Source of the DNA: an uncultured Leptospirales bacterium
GTDB taxonomy: Bacteria; Spirochaetota; UBA4802; UBA5550
Length of the DNA stretch: 50,168 nucleotides
Assembly (NCBI GenBank): GCA_964514165.1
Contig: CAZEPS010000003.1
Span: 1 to 50,168, forward strand
Reading direction: 5' to 3'
The translations under genes were made by a program, and so were the position numbers. This document shows, piece by piece, positions 24,796-36,230 of the stretch. The notes under the pieces are model-generated. The model saw only the letters and a program-made list of their open reading frames with translations. It searched no databases and was not told where the DNA came from. How positions within the stretch are numbered: position 1 is the first letter of the stretch; the number at the start of each line of letters is the position of its first letter.

Positions 24796-26271
24796 TCAAA
24801 ATTTTATTTTTGGAAGCTTAATGTCCCTTTTACCCTTATCTATCAGTTTTTTTAATCCGTCTTCCACTGCCTTTTTCGCCGCGTCTTTCCCGACTTCCTT
24901 GATAACGTCTCCCACCACGCTTTTAATCATCAGGTCAAGGGACTTCAATTCAGGATGCGTAAGTGTTGGTTTCGGGTTGCTTAGGGAACCGGTCATGTTA
25001 AACCTGAAATAAACCCTTCCATCCTTGTTGATGAGGGGTTCCATTCCTACAGTCGCAACTTTCTCCGGAGTCTTTTGTTTATCGACGTATTTGTCTATTC
25101 CCATCTTCTTTAATGCCGATTCAACCTGTTTCCGCAAACCGGTCTTTATTATTCCAGTCCTCTTTTCGGACAGGATCATGTCTATCATCAGGTTTATTGC
25201 GGTTGTCTTGTAGTTCGTCGTACCCTCAAAGGCCACATCACCCTCTTTAGTTGGAATTCTGCCATTGGAGAATTTTATGATATTCCCCTTGTACCAGATA
25301 TCGACATACGCGGCCTTCGATTCCTTCCATGAGAAGGTCCCCTTCATGAAATCAAGGCTGTTGCCGATATACTTCTGCAGTTTTTCCATGTTTGCTATGG
25401 CGTTGAAAATCTGGAGCCCGGTAATGCTCCCGTAGGGCATGTGTACCTTGGCCGACACTTCCGGGTTTATCTGTTTTGATTTTAGATCAAAGGGCTTAAC
25501 GACGCCGTCAGCCCGCAGCCCCAGGTCAAATGTCTTAACGCTCCCGGTCCTGGATGGACCGACCGTTTTTATTCCGGTTTTAAGGAAGATTTTCAGGGAA
25601 TTCCTTTTTTCAAGATTTTCAGGATCGATATCAACGGCGTAGACCTTTGCCTCCAGATTATACAGCTGGAACCGCTGGCCCGTTTTGGCGCTGAGATAGT
25701 TTACGGTGCCCCCCTGGACACCCATTTTTCCAACCGTAATCGCCAGGGGTATGGTTTCCGCTGTAAAGGGCTCGTCCTTTTCACCTTTTTTCTCTTTCTC
25801 AGCCTTTTTCTTCGCCAGTTCTTTTCTCTCTTCAGGGGTCAGTTTCTTCGGCTGGAGCAGGTCGCTGAAATTGTACGCACCGCTCCTGTAACGAACAACG
25901 TTTATTGTCGGATTGTAGAGAACAAACTCGTTAAGCTCAAATTTTTTCTGCAACAGGGGAAGGAATTTCAGTTTCAGATTCAACTTTTTTAAACTGACGA
26001 ACACATCACGCACCGGTTTTCCTTCAAGGGCCTTTAGCTGCGCGTCACTCTTGTAATTTGATAGAGCGACATTCTTCACCTCTATACCCGATACAACCGA
26101 AAAGATACCGACCGAGACCTCTTCAATGGTTACATGCCGGTGAAGGGCCTTTTCAATCTGTTTTTCCACCATTTTCTTATTCACCATCAATAGTATAACG
26201 ACGCTGGCAATAATAAAAAGCAGAAGGATCCCCCCCACTATACCGCCGAATATTTTTATTATTCTTTTCAT
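24796..26271 (-). CDS. AsmA-family protein
   Basis: 491 aa. N-terminal anchor MKRIIKIFGGIVGGILLLFIIASVVILL, followed by the EKALHRHVTIEEVSVGIFS..IEVKNVALSN pattern typical of AsmA N-termini. The remainder is beta-rich. Confidence 0.6.
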   Translation of the reverse strand: MKRIIKIFGGIVGGILLLFIIASVVILLMVNKKMVEKQIEKALHRHVTIEEVSVGIFSVVSGIEVKNVALSNYKSDAQLKALEGKPVRDVFVSLKKLNLKLKFLPLLQKKFELNEFVLYNPTINVVRYRSGAYNFSDLLQPKKLTPEERKELAKKKAEKEKKGEKDEPFTAETIPLAITVGKMGVQGGTVNYLSAKTGQRFQLYNLEAKVYAVDIDPENLEKRNSLKIFLKTGIKTVGPSRTGSVKTFDLGLRADGVVKPFDLKSKQINPEVSAKVHMPYGSITGLQIFNAIANMEKLQKYIGNSLDFMKGTFSWKESKAAYVDIWYKGNIIKFSNGRIPTKEGDVAFEGTTNYKTTAINLMIDMILSEKRTGIIKTGLRKQVESALKKMGIDKYVDKQKTPEKVATVGMEPLINKDGRVYFRFNMTGSLSNPKPTLTHPELKSLDLMIKSVVGDVIKEVGKDAAKKAVEDGLKKLIDKGKRDIKLPKIKF

Positions 26272-26645
26272 GGATGGCTCCTGATTATTTGATTTAAAGC
26301 AGGGGATTTAAAAAACTGCTATTAATATCCCCTACCGGGCACAATGCCTGATAATATCGGTTTTTTTAATGGTGATCAATGGTATTACCGGGTTTTAGAT
26401 ATGAACATGACTACATCAGTTAAAGTATTTAATGAAATAAAAAAAATCATTGAACCACATGAGTTTTGCTATTCACAACAACCTATGGATCTGAAATGTG
26501 CGATTAAACGAATTATCACAACTCTATTCAGAAAACCATTTTAATAAATCAAAGGTATACTGTACTAATAGTAACAGAATTATGACGACTGTACAAGCAA
26601 TTTTTCACTCTTTATCATGAATCTTTACAGTATATCGGCACAAAA

Positions 26646-26673
26646 GAAAGGCTGTTCCTGGGAACAGCCTTTC
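26646..26673. terminator. hairpin terminator downstream of the OMP gene (possibly bidirectional)
   Basis: GAAAGGCTGTTCC-tg-GGAACAGCCTTTC with 13-bp arms. The minus strand continues TTTTGTG and the plus strand continues TAAAATTTTTT. Confidence 0.55.
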
Positions 26674-26698
26674 TAAAATTTTTTATTATTTCTCTTAC

Positions 26699-27721
26699 TT
26701 AAAAAGTGACGCCGACTGAGACACCGACATGGATACCCTTGATAAAGTAGTAGCTTATGGGTACGTCGATAACAACCGGGCCGATGCCGAAACCGACCCC
26801 GGCGATGAGTTTTGGAAGATACCAGTTACGCATTTTCCCCTTTTCCTCGCCGTATGCGTAAAGAAACCCGGTCTGGAAGGTCGCAAGCTCATACACCGGA
26901 CTTATCCCTCGAACCTTGATGAACGTCTCACTGGTAGCAAAATCTATTCCGGCGCCCAGGGTAAGGTTAAGTATCCAGAGAAGTCTGAGGGATGTTGTCA
27001 GTTCCAGGGGAACAACCCATGACTCGGAATAGATGTTAAAATCCAGCTCCGGGCGAACATAAACAACGCTCTCCAAACGATAAGTGAGGGAATGCCCAAT
27101 CCTTACGTAGTTTTTGTTATATAAAACCCCGGTACCAATGGATAATCCCCTCCACAGGAAGAGGGCTAAACCCGCTTTCTTGGCCTTTACTATCTGATAG
27201 TTGAGCATAAGACCGGTATTGATTGCTTCAATATAATACTTGTCATAAGAGTAATTGAGCATGCCAAACTTAACCGAAGTATAGAGTCCCTCAACACCGA
27301 AGGCCCCCAGGTTCAGTCCAACCTGCACCGAATAGGGAACCAGCGCCAGGCCGAGTTCAACATCCCCCTTGTATTGAAGCTCCTTTTCTATCTTTTCAAA
27401 GCTCTTGTAATAATCAAAATCAAGGCTCGGAACCTGGGCTCCTGCCATGGTGCCGACGGATATAGCCATCAGCTTATACCCCTGGTACCCCCGCTGGGTT
27501 GACGCGTGGGAAGCATAGGCATTAGCACTGGCAAAACTCCTGGCGAGTTTCGGCTGTCGCTGGTAGGTTAAGAGTTCCTGCCTTATCTCAGTAAGAGCCT
27601 GGTTAAACTCAGCGGCATAACCGGCTGGCGCCTGCCCCCCGATAACAATCCAGGCATTTGCTCCCTTGACACCAAAGAAGACAATACAGGCAGCGAGCAT
27701 CAGGGTTGTCATTTTATTCAT
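26699..27721 (-). CDS. outer-membrane beta-barrel protein
   Basis: ATG at 27721 preceded by GGAGGAATTT. Signal peptide MNKMTTLMLAACIVFFGVKGANA. Alternating hydrophobic strands and a C-terminal ..GVSVGVTF ending in Phe. Confidence 0.6.
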   Translation of the reverse strand: MNKMTTLMLAACIVFFGVKGANAWIVIGGQAPAGYAAEFNQALTEIRQELLTYQRQPKLARSFASANAYASHASTQRGYQGYKLMAISVGTMAGAQVPSLDFDYYKSFEKIEKELQYKGDVELGLALVPYSVQVGLNLGAFGVEGLYTSVKFGMLNYSYDKYYIEAINTGLMLNYQIVKAKKAGLALFLWRGLSIGTGVLYNKNYVRIGHSLTYRLESVVYVRPELDFNIYSESWVVPLELTTSLRLLWILNLTLGAGIDFATSETFIKVRGISPVYELATFQTGFLYAYGEEKGKMRNWYLPKLIAGVGFGIGPVVIDVPISYYFIKGIHVGVSVGVTF

Positions 27722-27900
27722 AAATTCCTCCACCTCTCTTGCATGTATTAAAAACCGCACTGTGAACTATATACGTATACTCTTGCTAAGCGGGAAAGGA
27801 TCAACTTTTTTTTGGAAAAATATTCTTCTTCGCCAGGGTCTGGAGACATATAATCCCTTGCGCTCTAATGTCGAAAAATATATAATTTTTCAGCGAACCT

Positions 27901-29100
27901 TTAAGCAATGTTCTCTATGAGAACAGCTCCCCCCATGCCTCCACCGACGCAGAGGGTTGCTATCCCGAGCTTGAGGTTCCTCCGTTTCATTTCATATATC
28001 AGGGACACCATAATACGAGCGCCGGTACAGCCGACAGGGTGGCCCAGGGCAATACCAGAACCGTTGACGTTAACGATCAACCGATCCAGGCCCAGGCCCT
28101 TCTCGCACGCGAGGTATTGCGCCGCGAAGGCCTCGTTCAACTCAATGAGTTCTATGTCTTCGAGTTTTTTCCCGGTCTTTTTCAATAGTTTCTCAACCGC
28201 GGGCACCGGTCCATAGCCCATGAATTCGGGTTCTACCCCTGCAATTGCGTTGGCGACGATTCTCGCCAGGGGTTTAGCTCCGAGTTCGTCCGCCTTTTTC
28301 GCGGATGTAATCACCATGGCGGCGGCGCCGTCGTTCAAACCAGAGGAGTTCGCCGCGGTCACGGTTCCGTTCTTGTCAAAGACAGGTTTCAGCTTTGACA
28401 GGTTTTCCATGCTGATGTCAAGGCGGGGGTGCTCGTCCGTGACAAAGGAAATCGGATCCTTCTTTCTCTGTGGAACGAGAACAGGGACTATTTCATCCTT
28501 GAATTTACCCCCGTCGATCGCGGCAATGGCCTTGGAATGACTTTCATACGCAACCTGGTCCTGCTCTTCTCTTGAAATGTTGTATTTTTTCGCCAGGTTC
28601 TCAGCTGTCTGGCCCATGATAAAGGGTTCACCGAGGAGGCCGCTTCCGGAATGGAGGAGTTCCCACATCGCGTCGGTCATCTCTCCGTGCTGAAGTCGTG
28701 CCCCCCACCGTGCGGATTTCAGCACGTAGGGTGCGTTGCTCATCGATTCAACCCCTCCGGCGAGAACGATATCCGAATCACCGGAAATAATCTGCTGCGA
28801 GGCGAAAATCGCCGACTGCATGCCTGAAGCGCACTGACGCTGAATTGTCGTGGCCGGCACCGTTACCGGGATACCCGTTTTCAGGGCCGCTGTCCGTGCC
28901 GTATTGGCCTCTTCCGATGTCTGGATACAGTCCCCGAATATGACGTCGTCGAGCATGTCTCCGGTCACGTTCGCCCGTTTCATCGCCTCTGTCATTACCG
29001 TTGAGGCAAGTTCAAATGCCTTCATGTTTTTCAGGGTTCCGCCGAACCCGCCAATTGCGGTTCTGCACCCGGAAAGTATTACAATATCCGAATTTCCCAT
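27901..29100 (-). CDS. acetyl-CoA C-acetyltransferase (thiolase II)
   Basis: 399 aa. Active-site regions are [28 protein letters not shown] and [10 protein letters not shown]. Confidence 0.93.
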   Translation of the reverse strand: MGNSDIVILSGCRTAIGGFGGTLKNMKAFELASTVMTEAMKRANVTGDMLDDVIFGDCIQTSEEANTARTAALKTGIPVTVPATTIQRQCASGMQSAIFASQQIISGDSDIVLAGGVESMSNAPYVLKSARWGARLQHGEMTDAMWELLHSGSGLLGEPFIMGQTAENLAKKYNISREEQDQVAYESHSKAIAAIDGGKFKDEIVPVLVPQRKKDPISFVTDEHPRLDISMENLSKLKPVFDKNGTVTAANSSGLNDGAAAMVITSAKKADELGAKPLARIVANAIAGVEPEFMGYGPVPAVEKLLKKTGKKLEDIELIELNEAFAAQYLACEKGLGLDRLIVNVNGSGIALGHPVGCTGARIMVSLIYEMKRRNLKLGIATLCVGGGMGGAVLIENIA

Positions 29101-29345
29101 ACTGATGCTCCTTGAAAAATTTATGCGTATATCTGTTTTCGCGAAAGATATAAATAAATCTTAGTGAACCACATACCACATGGAACAGCAAAAATTGTCA
29201 AGATAGATACAAAAAACAGAAAGATGATAAAACCGTCATACAATCATCGCCTGTCTGTCATGATCCAGGTTCGATCATTTTCAAAAAAACAGGTCAGGGC
29301 GATACTATGCCCCGGAGATATACCAGGGCACCCTGTTGCAGCATG

Positions 29346-31928
29346 CTACTTGATAATGATGCGGGTTCCGTCTGAATCGATTTTTACCTTCTGGTCCTCC
29401 TTCACGCTTCCCTCGAGGAGTTTTACCGACAGGGGATTGAGAAGGTGCTTTTCGATGGCCCGCCTGAGGGGCCGCGCCCCGAAGAGGGGATCGTACCCTT
29501 CAGCCACGATAAAATCCATGGCCTTCTTGGTGATCTCAATCTGGATTCCCCTCTCCCTGAGGCGTAACGTCAGCTCCTGGAGCTGGAGCTTGACAATATC
29601 CTTGATGTTTTCCTTTGAGAGGGGATTGAAGATGATAAGCTCATCTACCCTGTTTAAAAACTCCGGCTTGAAGTGGTTTTTCAGCTCTGCCTCCACCCCC
29701 TTCTTCCGCTCATCGTAGGGGATAGATGCGTCGCTGATATATGACGTCCCGATGTTGGATGTCATAATGATCAGGGCGTTCTTGAAATCCACGACCCGGC
29801 CCTTGGAATCGGTGAGACGACCGTCATCGAGGATCTGCAGAAAGATGTTGAAAACGTCGTTGTGGGCCTTTTCGATCTCGTCAAAAAGGACCACAGCGTA
29901 GGGGCGCCGCCGTATCGACTCGGTCAGCTGGCCCCCCTCTTCGTATCCGACGTAGCCGGGGGGCGCCCCGATTAGCCGGGCCACGGAATGCTTCTCCATG
30001 TACTCGGACATGTCGATGCGGATGATTGCCTTCTCGTCATTGAACATGAACCCGGCCACTGCCTTGGCTGTCTCAGTCTTCCCGACCCCGGTGGGCCCGA
30101 GGAAAATGAATGACCCCACCGGCCTGTTCGGGTCCTGGATCCCGGAACGGGACCTGCGCACCGCGTCAGAAATCGACTGAAGGGCCTCGTCCTGCCCCAC
30201 GACACGCTTCGACAGCTGTTTCTCCATGGCAAGGAGCTTGTCCTTCTCCCCTTCGAGCATCTTCGAGACCGGGATGCCGGTCCACCGTGAAACCACCTGG
30301 GCTATCTCATGTTCGGTGACCTCCTCCTTCAAAAGGAGGGGATTGAACTCGTGCATCTCTTTCATTTTTTTGTTCAGGGACTCCAGCTTCTTTTCCAGTT
30401 CAACGATTTTCCCGTACCGTATCTCCGCCACCCGGTTCAGGTTCCCCTCACGTTCCGCCCGCTTTTCCTCGACGTGAAGGTTTTCAATCTCTTCCTTAAT
30501 TTTGCGGATCTCGAGAATAATGCTCTTCTCGTTTTTCCACTGGGCCATGAGGCCGTTCTTCTTCTCGTTCAGGTTCGCCAGGGACTCCTCGATTTTTGCG
30601 AGGCGTTCCTTTGAGGCCTTGTCCTTCTCCTTCTTCAGGGCCTCCTTCTCAACGGTTAGCTGGCGTATCCGCCGCTCAATCTCGTCGATTTCAATCGGCA
30701 TGGAGTCGATCTCCATTTTGATGAGAGACGCGGCCTCGTCGATGAGGTCCACGGCCTTGTCCGGAAGAAACCGTTCGGTGATATACCGGTTCGACAGCAC
30801 CGCGGCTGACACGCACGCAGCGTCCGAGATCCGTACCCCGTGGTGCACCTCGTACTTTTCCTTGAGCCCCCGGAGAATGGCGATAGTGTCGTCAACCGTA
30901 GGTTCGCTCGTGAACACCGGCTGGAAGCGCCGTTCCAGGGCCTTGTCCCTCTCGATATACTTCCGGTACTCGTCCAGAGTCGTGGCCCCGATGCACCGGA
31001 GGGAACCACGGGCAAGGGCCGGTTTCAGCATGTTCGACGCATCCACCGCCCCCTCGGCCGCCCCGGCCCCCACCAGGGTGTGGAGCTCATCAATGAAAAG
31101 GACCACCTCTCCGGCCGATTCCTCCACCTCCTCGATGACCGCTTTGAGCCGCTCTTCGAACTCGCCCCGGTATTTCGCCCCGGCGATGAGAGCGGCCATG
31201 TCCAGGCTCACGAGCCTCTTGTTCTTGAGATTTTCCGGCACGTCCCCCCCCACGATGCGCTGGGCGAGGCCCTCCACGATGGCGGTTTTTCCTACCCCGG
31301 GCTCTCCGATAAGCACCGGGTTGTTCTTTGTCCGCCTGGTGAGCACCTGCATGACCCGGCGAATTTCCTCGTCCCTGCCGATGACCGGGTCAAGCCTGTT
31401 CATGCGGGATAGCTTCGTCAGATCACGGCTGAACCGGTCCAGGGCGTTGTAATGGTCCTCGGCGCTCTCGGAGTCGGCCCGCTTCGTGCCGCGGATATCT
31501 TTCAGTATCCTCAGTATGTTTTCCCGGTTGAAACCGTGGGCGTTAAGAATCTGGCGGGCCTTACCCTGGCCCTTGGATACCAGCCCCAGGATCAGGTGTT
31601 CCGTGCTAAGGTATTCATCCCCGAGACCGACGGCCTGGTTCCAGCCCTCATTCAGGAGATCCCTCATCTCGCCGGAAAGAGCGCCACCCCCCGGGCCTGC
31701 ACCAACCTGCCGGGGGAGTGAATCCAGGGCTGAATCGACTTCACGCCGTATCTCAAATGAGGAAACACTCAGCTTCTGGGCAATCGACTCAAAGATGCTC
31801 CCCTCCTGTTCGATGATCGCCTTCAGTAAATGCTCAGGCTGTATCTCGTAGTGGTTGAGATCAGTTGCTATATTCTGCGCCGTGTTCACGGCGTCCTGTG
31901 CCTTAAGGGTCAACTTGTCCATTCTCAT
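29346..31928 (-). CDS. clpB: ATP-dependent chaperone ClpB
   Basis: 860 aa. Two AAA+ modules (GEPGVGKT and GPTGVGKT Walker A) separated by a long coiled-coil middle domain. Clp N-domain repeats are present. Confidence 0.96.
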   Translation of the reverse strand: MRMDKLTLKAQDAVNTAQNIATDLNHYEIQPEHLLKAIIEQEGSIFESIAQKLSVSSFEIRREVDSALDSLPRQVGAGPGGGALSGEMRDLLNEGWNQAVGLGDEYLSTEHLILGLVSKGQGKARQILNAHGFNRENILRILKDIRGTKRADSESAEDHYNALDRFSRDLTKLSRMNRLDPVIGRDEEIRRVMQVLTRRTKNNPVLIGEPGVGKTAIVEGLAQRIVGGDVPENLKNKRLVSLDMAALIAGAKYRGEFEERLKAVIEEVEESAGEVVLFIDELHTLVGAGAAEGAVDASNMLKPALARGSLRCIGATTLDEYRKYIERDKALERRFQPVFTSEPTVDDTIAILRGLKEKYEVHHGVRISDAACVSAAVLSNRYITERFLPDKAVDLIDEAASLIKMEIDSMPIEIDEIERRIRQLTVEKEALKKEKDKASKERLAKIEESLANLNEKKNGLMAQWKNEKSIILEIRKIKEEIENLHVEEKRAEREGNLNRVAEIRYGKIVELEKKLESLNKKMKEMHEFNPLLLKEEVTEHEIAQVVSRWTGIPVSKMLEGEKDKLLAMEKQLSKRVVGQDEALQSISDAVRRSRSGIQDPNRPVGSFIFLGPTGVGKTETAKAVAGFMFNDEKAIIRIDMSEYMEKHSVARLIGAPPGYVGYEEGGQLTESIRRRPYAVVLFDEIEKAHNDVFNIFLQILDDGRLTDSKGRVVDFKNALIIMTSNIGTSYISDASIPYDERKKGVEAELKNHFKPEFLNRVDELIIFNPLSKENIKDIVKLQLQELTLRLRERGIQIEITKKAMDFIVAEGYDPLFGARPLRRAIEKHLLNPLSVKLLEGSVKEDQKVKIDSDGTRIIIK

Positions 31929-32047
31929 GGCAAACTCCTTTCAATCGATAACAGGTTCCCAAAAAAATACCGTAGCGGAATGCTGCATCTGGCCGGTTAT
32001 CAAAACGCGGTAAAACTTTCTATTCGAAATAATATTAATGGCACATC

Positions 32048-32098
32048 TTTACATCTGTCAGCACCATTTTTTTAAAAAATGGTGCTGACAGATGTAAA
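32048..32098. repeat. 51-nt perfect palindrome (copy B), 25-bp arms, upstream of clpB
   Basis: TTTACATCTGTCAGCACCATTTTTT-t-AAAAAATGGTGCTGACAGATGTAAA, about 120-170 nt upstream of the clpB ATG (31928, minus strand). The core is identical to copy A. Confidence 0.75.
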
Positions 32099-32554
32099 CC
32101 AAAATATGTTCCCAAAAGGGAACCTCATGTTAAATTAATAGATATTCCCTGCTATCAAAATATATAAAATAGCTGCTGCCGTCAATATGTTCAAATAAAC
32201 TGAAAACATGCCGGTACGAGCCGCATGGTCAGCGGCCGTGCAACAAAATGTGTTCATATGCCCACGCAGAGAGCCAGGCGCAAAAATGATCGAACAAGCA
32301 ATCTGGTGACGTGCGACTAAGCGATTTGAAAAATATTGATCCGTTATTAACTATGATCACGGAAGTCCTGTAAAAAAATCTTCTTTCAATACTTCCGTTA
32401 CATGGAAAAAATTTTTAACAAAATCTGCTTGTATATTTATACAATAAATTATTCAACGGCCATAGTAGTTCTTTTAATTATTAATACTATCTTGGTATAA
32501 CATTAACATAATTTTTATCATATCTCGTTACCCTGATGCGAGAGAGGAACTAAC

Positions 32555-32911
32555 ATGAATATGCAGATAAAACAGGTTGGGGACGTGGTATTCGCCTATC
32601 CCCACGGCAGGCTTGACCTGGACGCCACGTTTCGGTTCGAAGAATCAATGAACAGGATACTGAAAAACAACGAAGGAATGCACATCTGCATCAACTGTTC
32701 ATTTATTGAATACATCAACAGCACCAATCTGAGGGTAATCATCACCACGGCTCGCAAACTCATTGAACAGGAAAAAAAGCTCTTTCTCTGCAACATAAGC
32801 GGCCCCATTACGAAACTCCTGAACATTATACCCCTGGACAAGATAATTGAACTTAAGGATTCGGAGGATGATGTCCTGGCAGAATCTGACTTTACGGCAG
32901 TTAACCAGTGA
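32555..32911 (+). CDS. STAS-domain protein (anti-sigma-factor antagonist family)
   Basis: 118 aa. Typical STAS length and pattern (HGRLDLDA..FIEYINSTNLRVIITTARKL..LFLCNISGPITKLLNI). Confidence 0.7.
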   Translation: MNMQIKQVGDVVFAYPHGRLDLDATFRFEESMNRILKNNEGMHICINCSFIEYINSTNLRVIITTARKLIEQEKKLFLCNISGPITKLLNIIPLDKIIELKDSEDDVLAESDFTAVNQ

Positions 32912-32945
32912 AAACCCGAAACGCGGTGCCGCTCGCCTAAAATAT

Positions 32946-32973
32946 AAAAAGCCGGATTTTCCGGCTTTTTTTG
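32946..32973 (+). terminator. rho-independent (bidirectional) terminator
   Basis: AAAAAGCCGGA-tttt-CCGGCTTTTTTT, with an A-run before and a T-run after, between convergent genes. A second hairpin TACCGGAATTTTCCGGTA lies at 33001-33018. Confidence 0.7.
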
Positions 32974-33055
32974 CGTTTATAATCTTCTTTTACATGCATG
33001 TACCGGAATTTTCCGGTATGACCAATCCGGCCACCAGGGCAATACCAGTGCCGGC

Positions 33056-33577
33056 TTACAGGGTCTGTAACCGGGTCCTGAAATTATCCGCGATTCCCTG
33101 TATCAGCCTGAAATTGTTGATGTCATCAACGTGAAGAAAAACCGCCATGTTCTCCCTGGAAAGGACGATGGCCCTGTCGCTGTTGTATTTCGTGAAATCG
33201 TTTATCTTCTGGATCTCTTTTTTGGCTGAAGATGAGTCCCTGAAGAGGAACACGTAGCATACGATATCATCCCCGAACGGGGTCTTCTTGTTTGCTACAA
33301 TAGCCATGTGAATTGTTGATATCGAGCTGGAATCCCCTCCGGGATAAATTCGCGAGGCGAGCTTCTGGATAGCGGTCCTGTCCATCGTCCAGGGGTTTCC
33401 CTTCAGTATGTGCTTGTAAAACCTTGGTATTTTCCCGTACACGAAGCCGGATGGAATATCCTCGTCGGTGAATTTAATCCTTTCAATTTTTGCCGTATTA
33501 AAATCGGGAAATGCATATCCCCCCGGCAATACAACCAGGGCCAGGGATACCAGAAACAGATAAAACAGTCGTTTCAT
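33056..33577 (-). CDS. secreted hypothetical protein
   Basis: ATG at 33577 preceded by GGAG. Signal peptide MKRLFYLFLVSLALVVLPGGYA. No recognisable family. Confidence 0.5.
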   Translation of the reverse strand: MKRLFYLFLVSLALVVLPGGYAFPDFNTAKIERIKFTDEDIPSGFVYGKIPRFYKHILKGNPWTMDRTAIQKLASRIYPGGDSSSISTIHMAIVANKKTPFGDDIVCYVFLFRDSSSAKKEIQKINDFTKYNSDRAIVLSRENMAVFLHVDDINNFRLIQGIADNFRTRLQTL

Positions 33578-33936
33578 TCTTAACTCCATGATACTCATTT
33601 CAATCTGCCGGACGGTACAAGCCGGTATGAAAGAACTTTCAATTACTGATATACATATCGGAACAATACCAGTAAAATATAACTACTCCCGTATGATTTT
33701 ATCAAATAATTATCAGTTTCAGTACATTATACCGGGAACAACACCCTGAAAAAAATGATTATTATCTGCACTATTCCTGGTAAAAAGGCGCCAAAAATAC
33801 AACCAGGTACGGCTAAAAGAAAGAAACTGTCGTGTATACTATATTCAAAAATGACTCTGGCTGATTCAATGATTATTATAGAAGGATTTTTATAAACCGA
33901 ACCATGAAATATACCGCAATACATATTTTTTTAAAA

Positions 33937-34016
33937 GAGACATAATATTTTTATTGACTTTCTATATTACCGTTTTATTATATACTCAGTTAGCAAACAG
34001 ATATTATGTCTCATTA
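33937..34016 (+). promoter_or_regulatory. candidate nrdD promoter (TTGACT-16-TATTAT) bracketed by a 12-bp inverted repeat
   Basis: GAGACATAATAT (33937-48) and ATATTATGTCTC (34001-12) are perfect reverse complements. TTGACT lies at 33954-59 and TATTAT at 33976-81. TTATGTCTCATTA is at 34004-16 and a related TTATCTGACATTT at 34033-45. Confidence 0.45.
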
Positions 34017-34129
34017 AATCCCGATCACAGTCTTATCTGACATTTATACAAAATAAATGGCGTATAGGGCATTCCTTTTACATTTATGTTTAATTTTTAT
34101 ATACAAATTAATTTAAAGTGGAGTATCTG

Positions 34130-36163
34130 ATGGGTGAAGATATCCATACAAATTATATACGCAAAAGGGACGGCCGGGTCGTCCCTTTTAAACTCGAAAA
34201 AATAACTGATGCAATCTTCAAAGCTGCCCAGGCAGTGGGGGGGAGCGACAAGGAGACTGCCCTGTCAGTATCCAATTCCGTAATGGGAATAATCAGCATC
34301 CTCTTTAAAGATGGAAGGATCCCTACCGTTGAGAACGTACAGGACCTGGTCGAGAAGATGCTCATCGAACGGGGCCACGCCAAGGTCGCCAAGGCATACA
34401 TCCTCTACCGCGAACAGCACCGGAAAATACGGGAGGGCAAGAGCCTCCTCAATGAAGGCCTCAGGCTCATCGACGACTATCTGGATCAGTCAGACTGGCG
34501 GGTCAACGAAAACAGCAACATGAGCTTCTCCCTCCAGGGCCTGAATAACCATATTGCCTCCGCCATAACCGCCAAATACTGGCTTGAACGAATCTATCCC
34601 CCGGAGATACGGGACGCCCACGTCAACTGCGACTTTCACATACACGACCTTGGACTTCTCTCTGCCTACTGCGTCGGATGGGACCTCAGGGACCTGCTCC
34701 TGAAGGGATTTTCCGGGGTTCCGGGAAAGGTAGAAAGCAGCCCGGCGAAACATTTCCGCAGCGCCCTCGGCCAGGTGGTAAACTTTTTCTACACCCTCCA
34801 GGGTGAATCCGCAGGCGCCCAGGCCTTCGCGAATTTCGATACCTACCTGGCCCCCTTTATCTACTACGACCAGCTCACCTACGCTGAGGTAAAACAGTGT
34901 TTGCAGGAATTCATATTCAACATGAACATTCCGACCAGGGTCGGTTTCCAGACCCCTTTCACGAACATTACCCTGGACCTGACCGTTCCCTCTAACATTA
35001 CATCAGAATACGTCATCGTCGGGGGAGAGCCCCATGACCGCACCTACGGGGAATTTCAGAATGAGATGAACATGTTCAACGATGCCTTTGTTGAATGCAT
35101 GATCGAGGGTGACGCGAAAAACCGGATCTTCACCTTCCCTATACCGACCTACAACCTCTCCCGGGAGTTTAACTGGGACGACGAGAGCCACACAAAGCTC
35201 TGGGAGATGACGGCCAAGTACGGCATCCCCTATTTTGCCAATTTTATCAATTCCGACATGGATCCGGAGGACGCGCGTTCCATGTGCTGCCGCCTCAGGC
35301 TTGACAACCGGGAACTCCGTAAACGGGGGGGCGGGCTTTTCGGCGCCAACCCCCTCACCGGCAGTATCGGGGTCGTGACCATAAACATCCCGAGAATCGC
35401 GTACAATGCGGATACCGAGGAAAGCTTCTTCAGCCGACTCGACGAACTCATGAACCTGGCCAAAGCATCTTTGGAAACCAAGCGGAAAACCCTGGAAAAT
35501 TTCACGGCCAGCAACCTCTATCCCTACACAAAATACTACCTCAGGGACATCTACCAGAGAAACAAGAAATACTGGATTAATCATTTTTCAACAATAGGAC
35601 TGGTCGGTATGAACGAGGCATGCCTGAACTTCCTCGGGACAGATATCTCGTCCGCTGAAGGAAAGGATTTCACCATAAAGGTCCTGGATTTCATGCGAGA
35701 GAAGATTCTTCGGATCCAGGAAGAAACCGGCAGTCTTTACAATCTCGAAGCCACCCCGGCGGAGGGAGTCACCTACCGCTTTGCCAAACACGACAGACAG
35801 ACCTGTCCCAACATCAAGACAGCCGGTATCTCCGAGCCCTATTATACCAATTCGGTTCATCTCCCCGTCGGCCATACAGACGATCCCTTTGACGTTCTCG
35901 ACCACCAGGATGATCTCCAGAACCGGTTTACCGGGGGTACTGTGGTTCACCTGTTTCTCGGAGAAAAAATTGACGCCCCGAACACCGTTAAGAGCCTGAT
36001 ACGAAAGATCGCTGAAAATTATTCGCTCCCTTATTTCACCATTACCCCGACCTTCAGCGTCTGTCCCATACACGGGTATATAGCGGGGGAGCACAAGTAT
36101 TGTCCCTATGACCATTCAGAAGATGAATTGCTGAAATTCGGCATTGAAGTTGAAACTGATTAA
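34130..36163 (+). CDS. nrdD: anaerobic ribonucleoside-triphosphate reductase (class III), large piece lacking the glycyl-radical segment
   Basis: ATG at 34130 preceded by GGAG (the track starts at GTG 34118). ATP-cone N-terminus (IRKRDGRVVPFKLEKITDAIFKA). Conserved NrdD core (CCRLRLD, GGLFGANPLTGSIGVVTIN, NLEATPAEG). It ends ..FSVCPIHGYIAGEHKYCPYDHSEDELLKFGIEVETD-stop, before any RVxGY motif. Confidence 0.9.
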   Translation: MGEDIHTNYIRKRDGRVVPFKLEKITDAIFKAAQAVGGSDKETALSVSNSVMGIISILFKDGRIPTVENVQDLVEKMLIERGHAKVAKAYILYREQHRKIREGKSLLNEGLRLIDDYLDQSDWRVNENSNMSFSLQGLNNHIASAITAKYWLERIYPPEIRDAHVNCDFHIHDLGLLSAYCVGWDLRDLLLKGFSGVPGKVESSPAKHFRSALGQVVNFFYTLQGESAGAQAFANFDTYLAPFIYYDQLTYAEVKQCLQEFIFNMNIPTRVGFQTPFTNITLDLTVPSNITSEYVIVGGEPHDRTYGEFQNEMNMFNDAFVECMIEGDAKNRIFTFPIPTYNLSREFNWDDESHTKLWEMTAKYGIPYFANFINSDMDPEDARSMCCRLRLDNRELRKRGGGLFGANPLTGSIGVVTINIPRIAYNADTEESFFSRLDELMNLAKASLETKRKTLENFTASNLYPYTKYYLRDIYQRNKKYWINHFSTIGLVGMNEACLNFLGTDISSAEGKDFTIKVLDFMREKILRIQEETGSLYNLEATPAEGVTYRFAKHDRQTCPNIKTAGISEPYYTNSVHLPVGHTDDPFDVLDHQDDLQNRFTGGTVVHLFLGEKIDAPNTVKSLIRKIAENYSLPYFTITPTFSVCPIHGYIAGEHKYCPYDHSEDELLKFGIEVETD

Positions 36164-36230
36164 TGCCGATAAAGATAACAGGCGGTGATCCGTTCACTGC
36201 CGCCAATAGAAAAATTTTAGGAGTGAAGAC

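Noticed and set aside
26344-26544. 66-aa ORF in the spacer upstream of the AsmA-like gene
   Set aside because: It has no RBS and no recognisable features, and it lies in an AT-rich promoter region. I kept it only as a remote possibility.
29972-31851. Multiple long antisense and alternate-frame ORFs in clpB (for example 30502..31452, 316 aa)
   Set aside because: They are Ser/Arg/Phe-rich shadow frames of a highly conserved clpB coding sequence and carry no independent signals.
31950-32125. Recurrent TTTTGGGAAC words (also near 4480) as sigma54 -24/-12 promoters
   Set aside because: The GG element is not followed by a GC dinucleotide at the required 10-nt spacing in any copy (TGGCAC-N5-TTGC is not satisfied).
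33599-34117. Cobalamin riboswitch or canonical NrdR boxes in the long nrdD leader
   Set aside because: No B12-box-like GCCACTG/AGYCMGG core or conserved riboswitch stems are visible. The inverted repeats present do not match the NrdR consensus acaCwAtATaTwGtgt as I recall it.
36164-36230. Group I intron, or T4 gene-60-style translational bypass, joining the two nrdD pieces
   Set aside because: The 67-nt gap is far too short for a group I or II intron. The downstream frame is closed by a TAG at 36207-09, and no codon matching the take-off GAT lies between that stop and the ATG. A strong RBS favours independent initiation.
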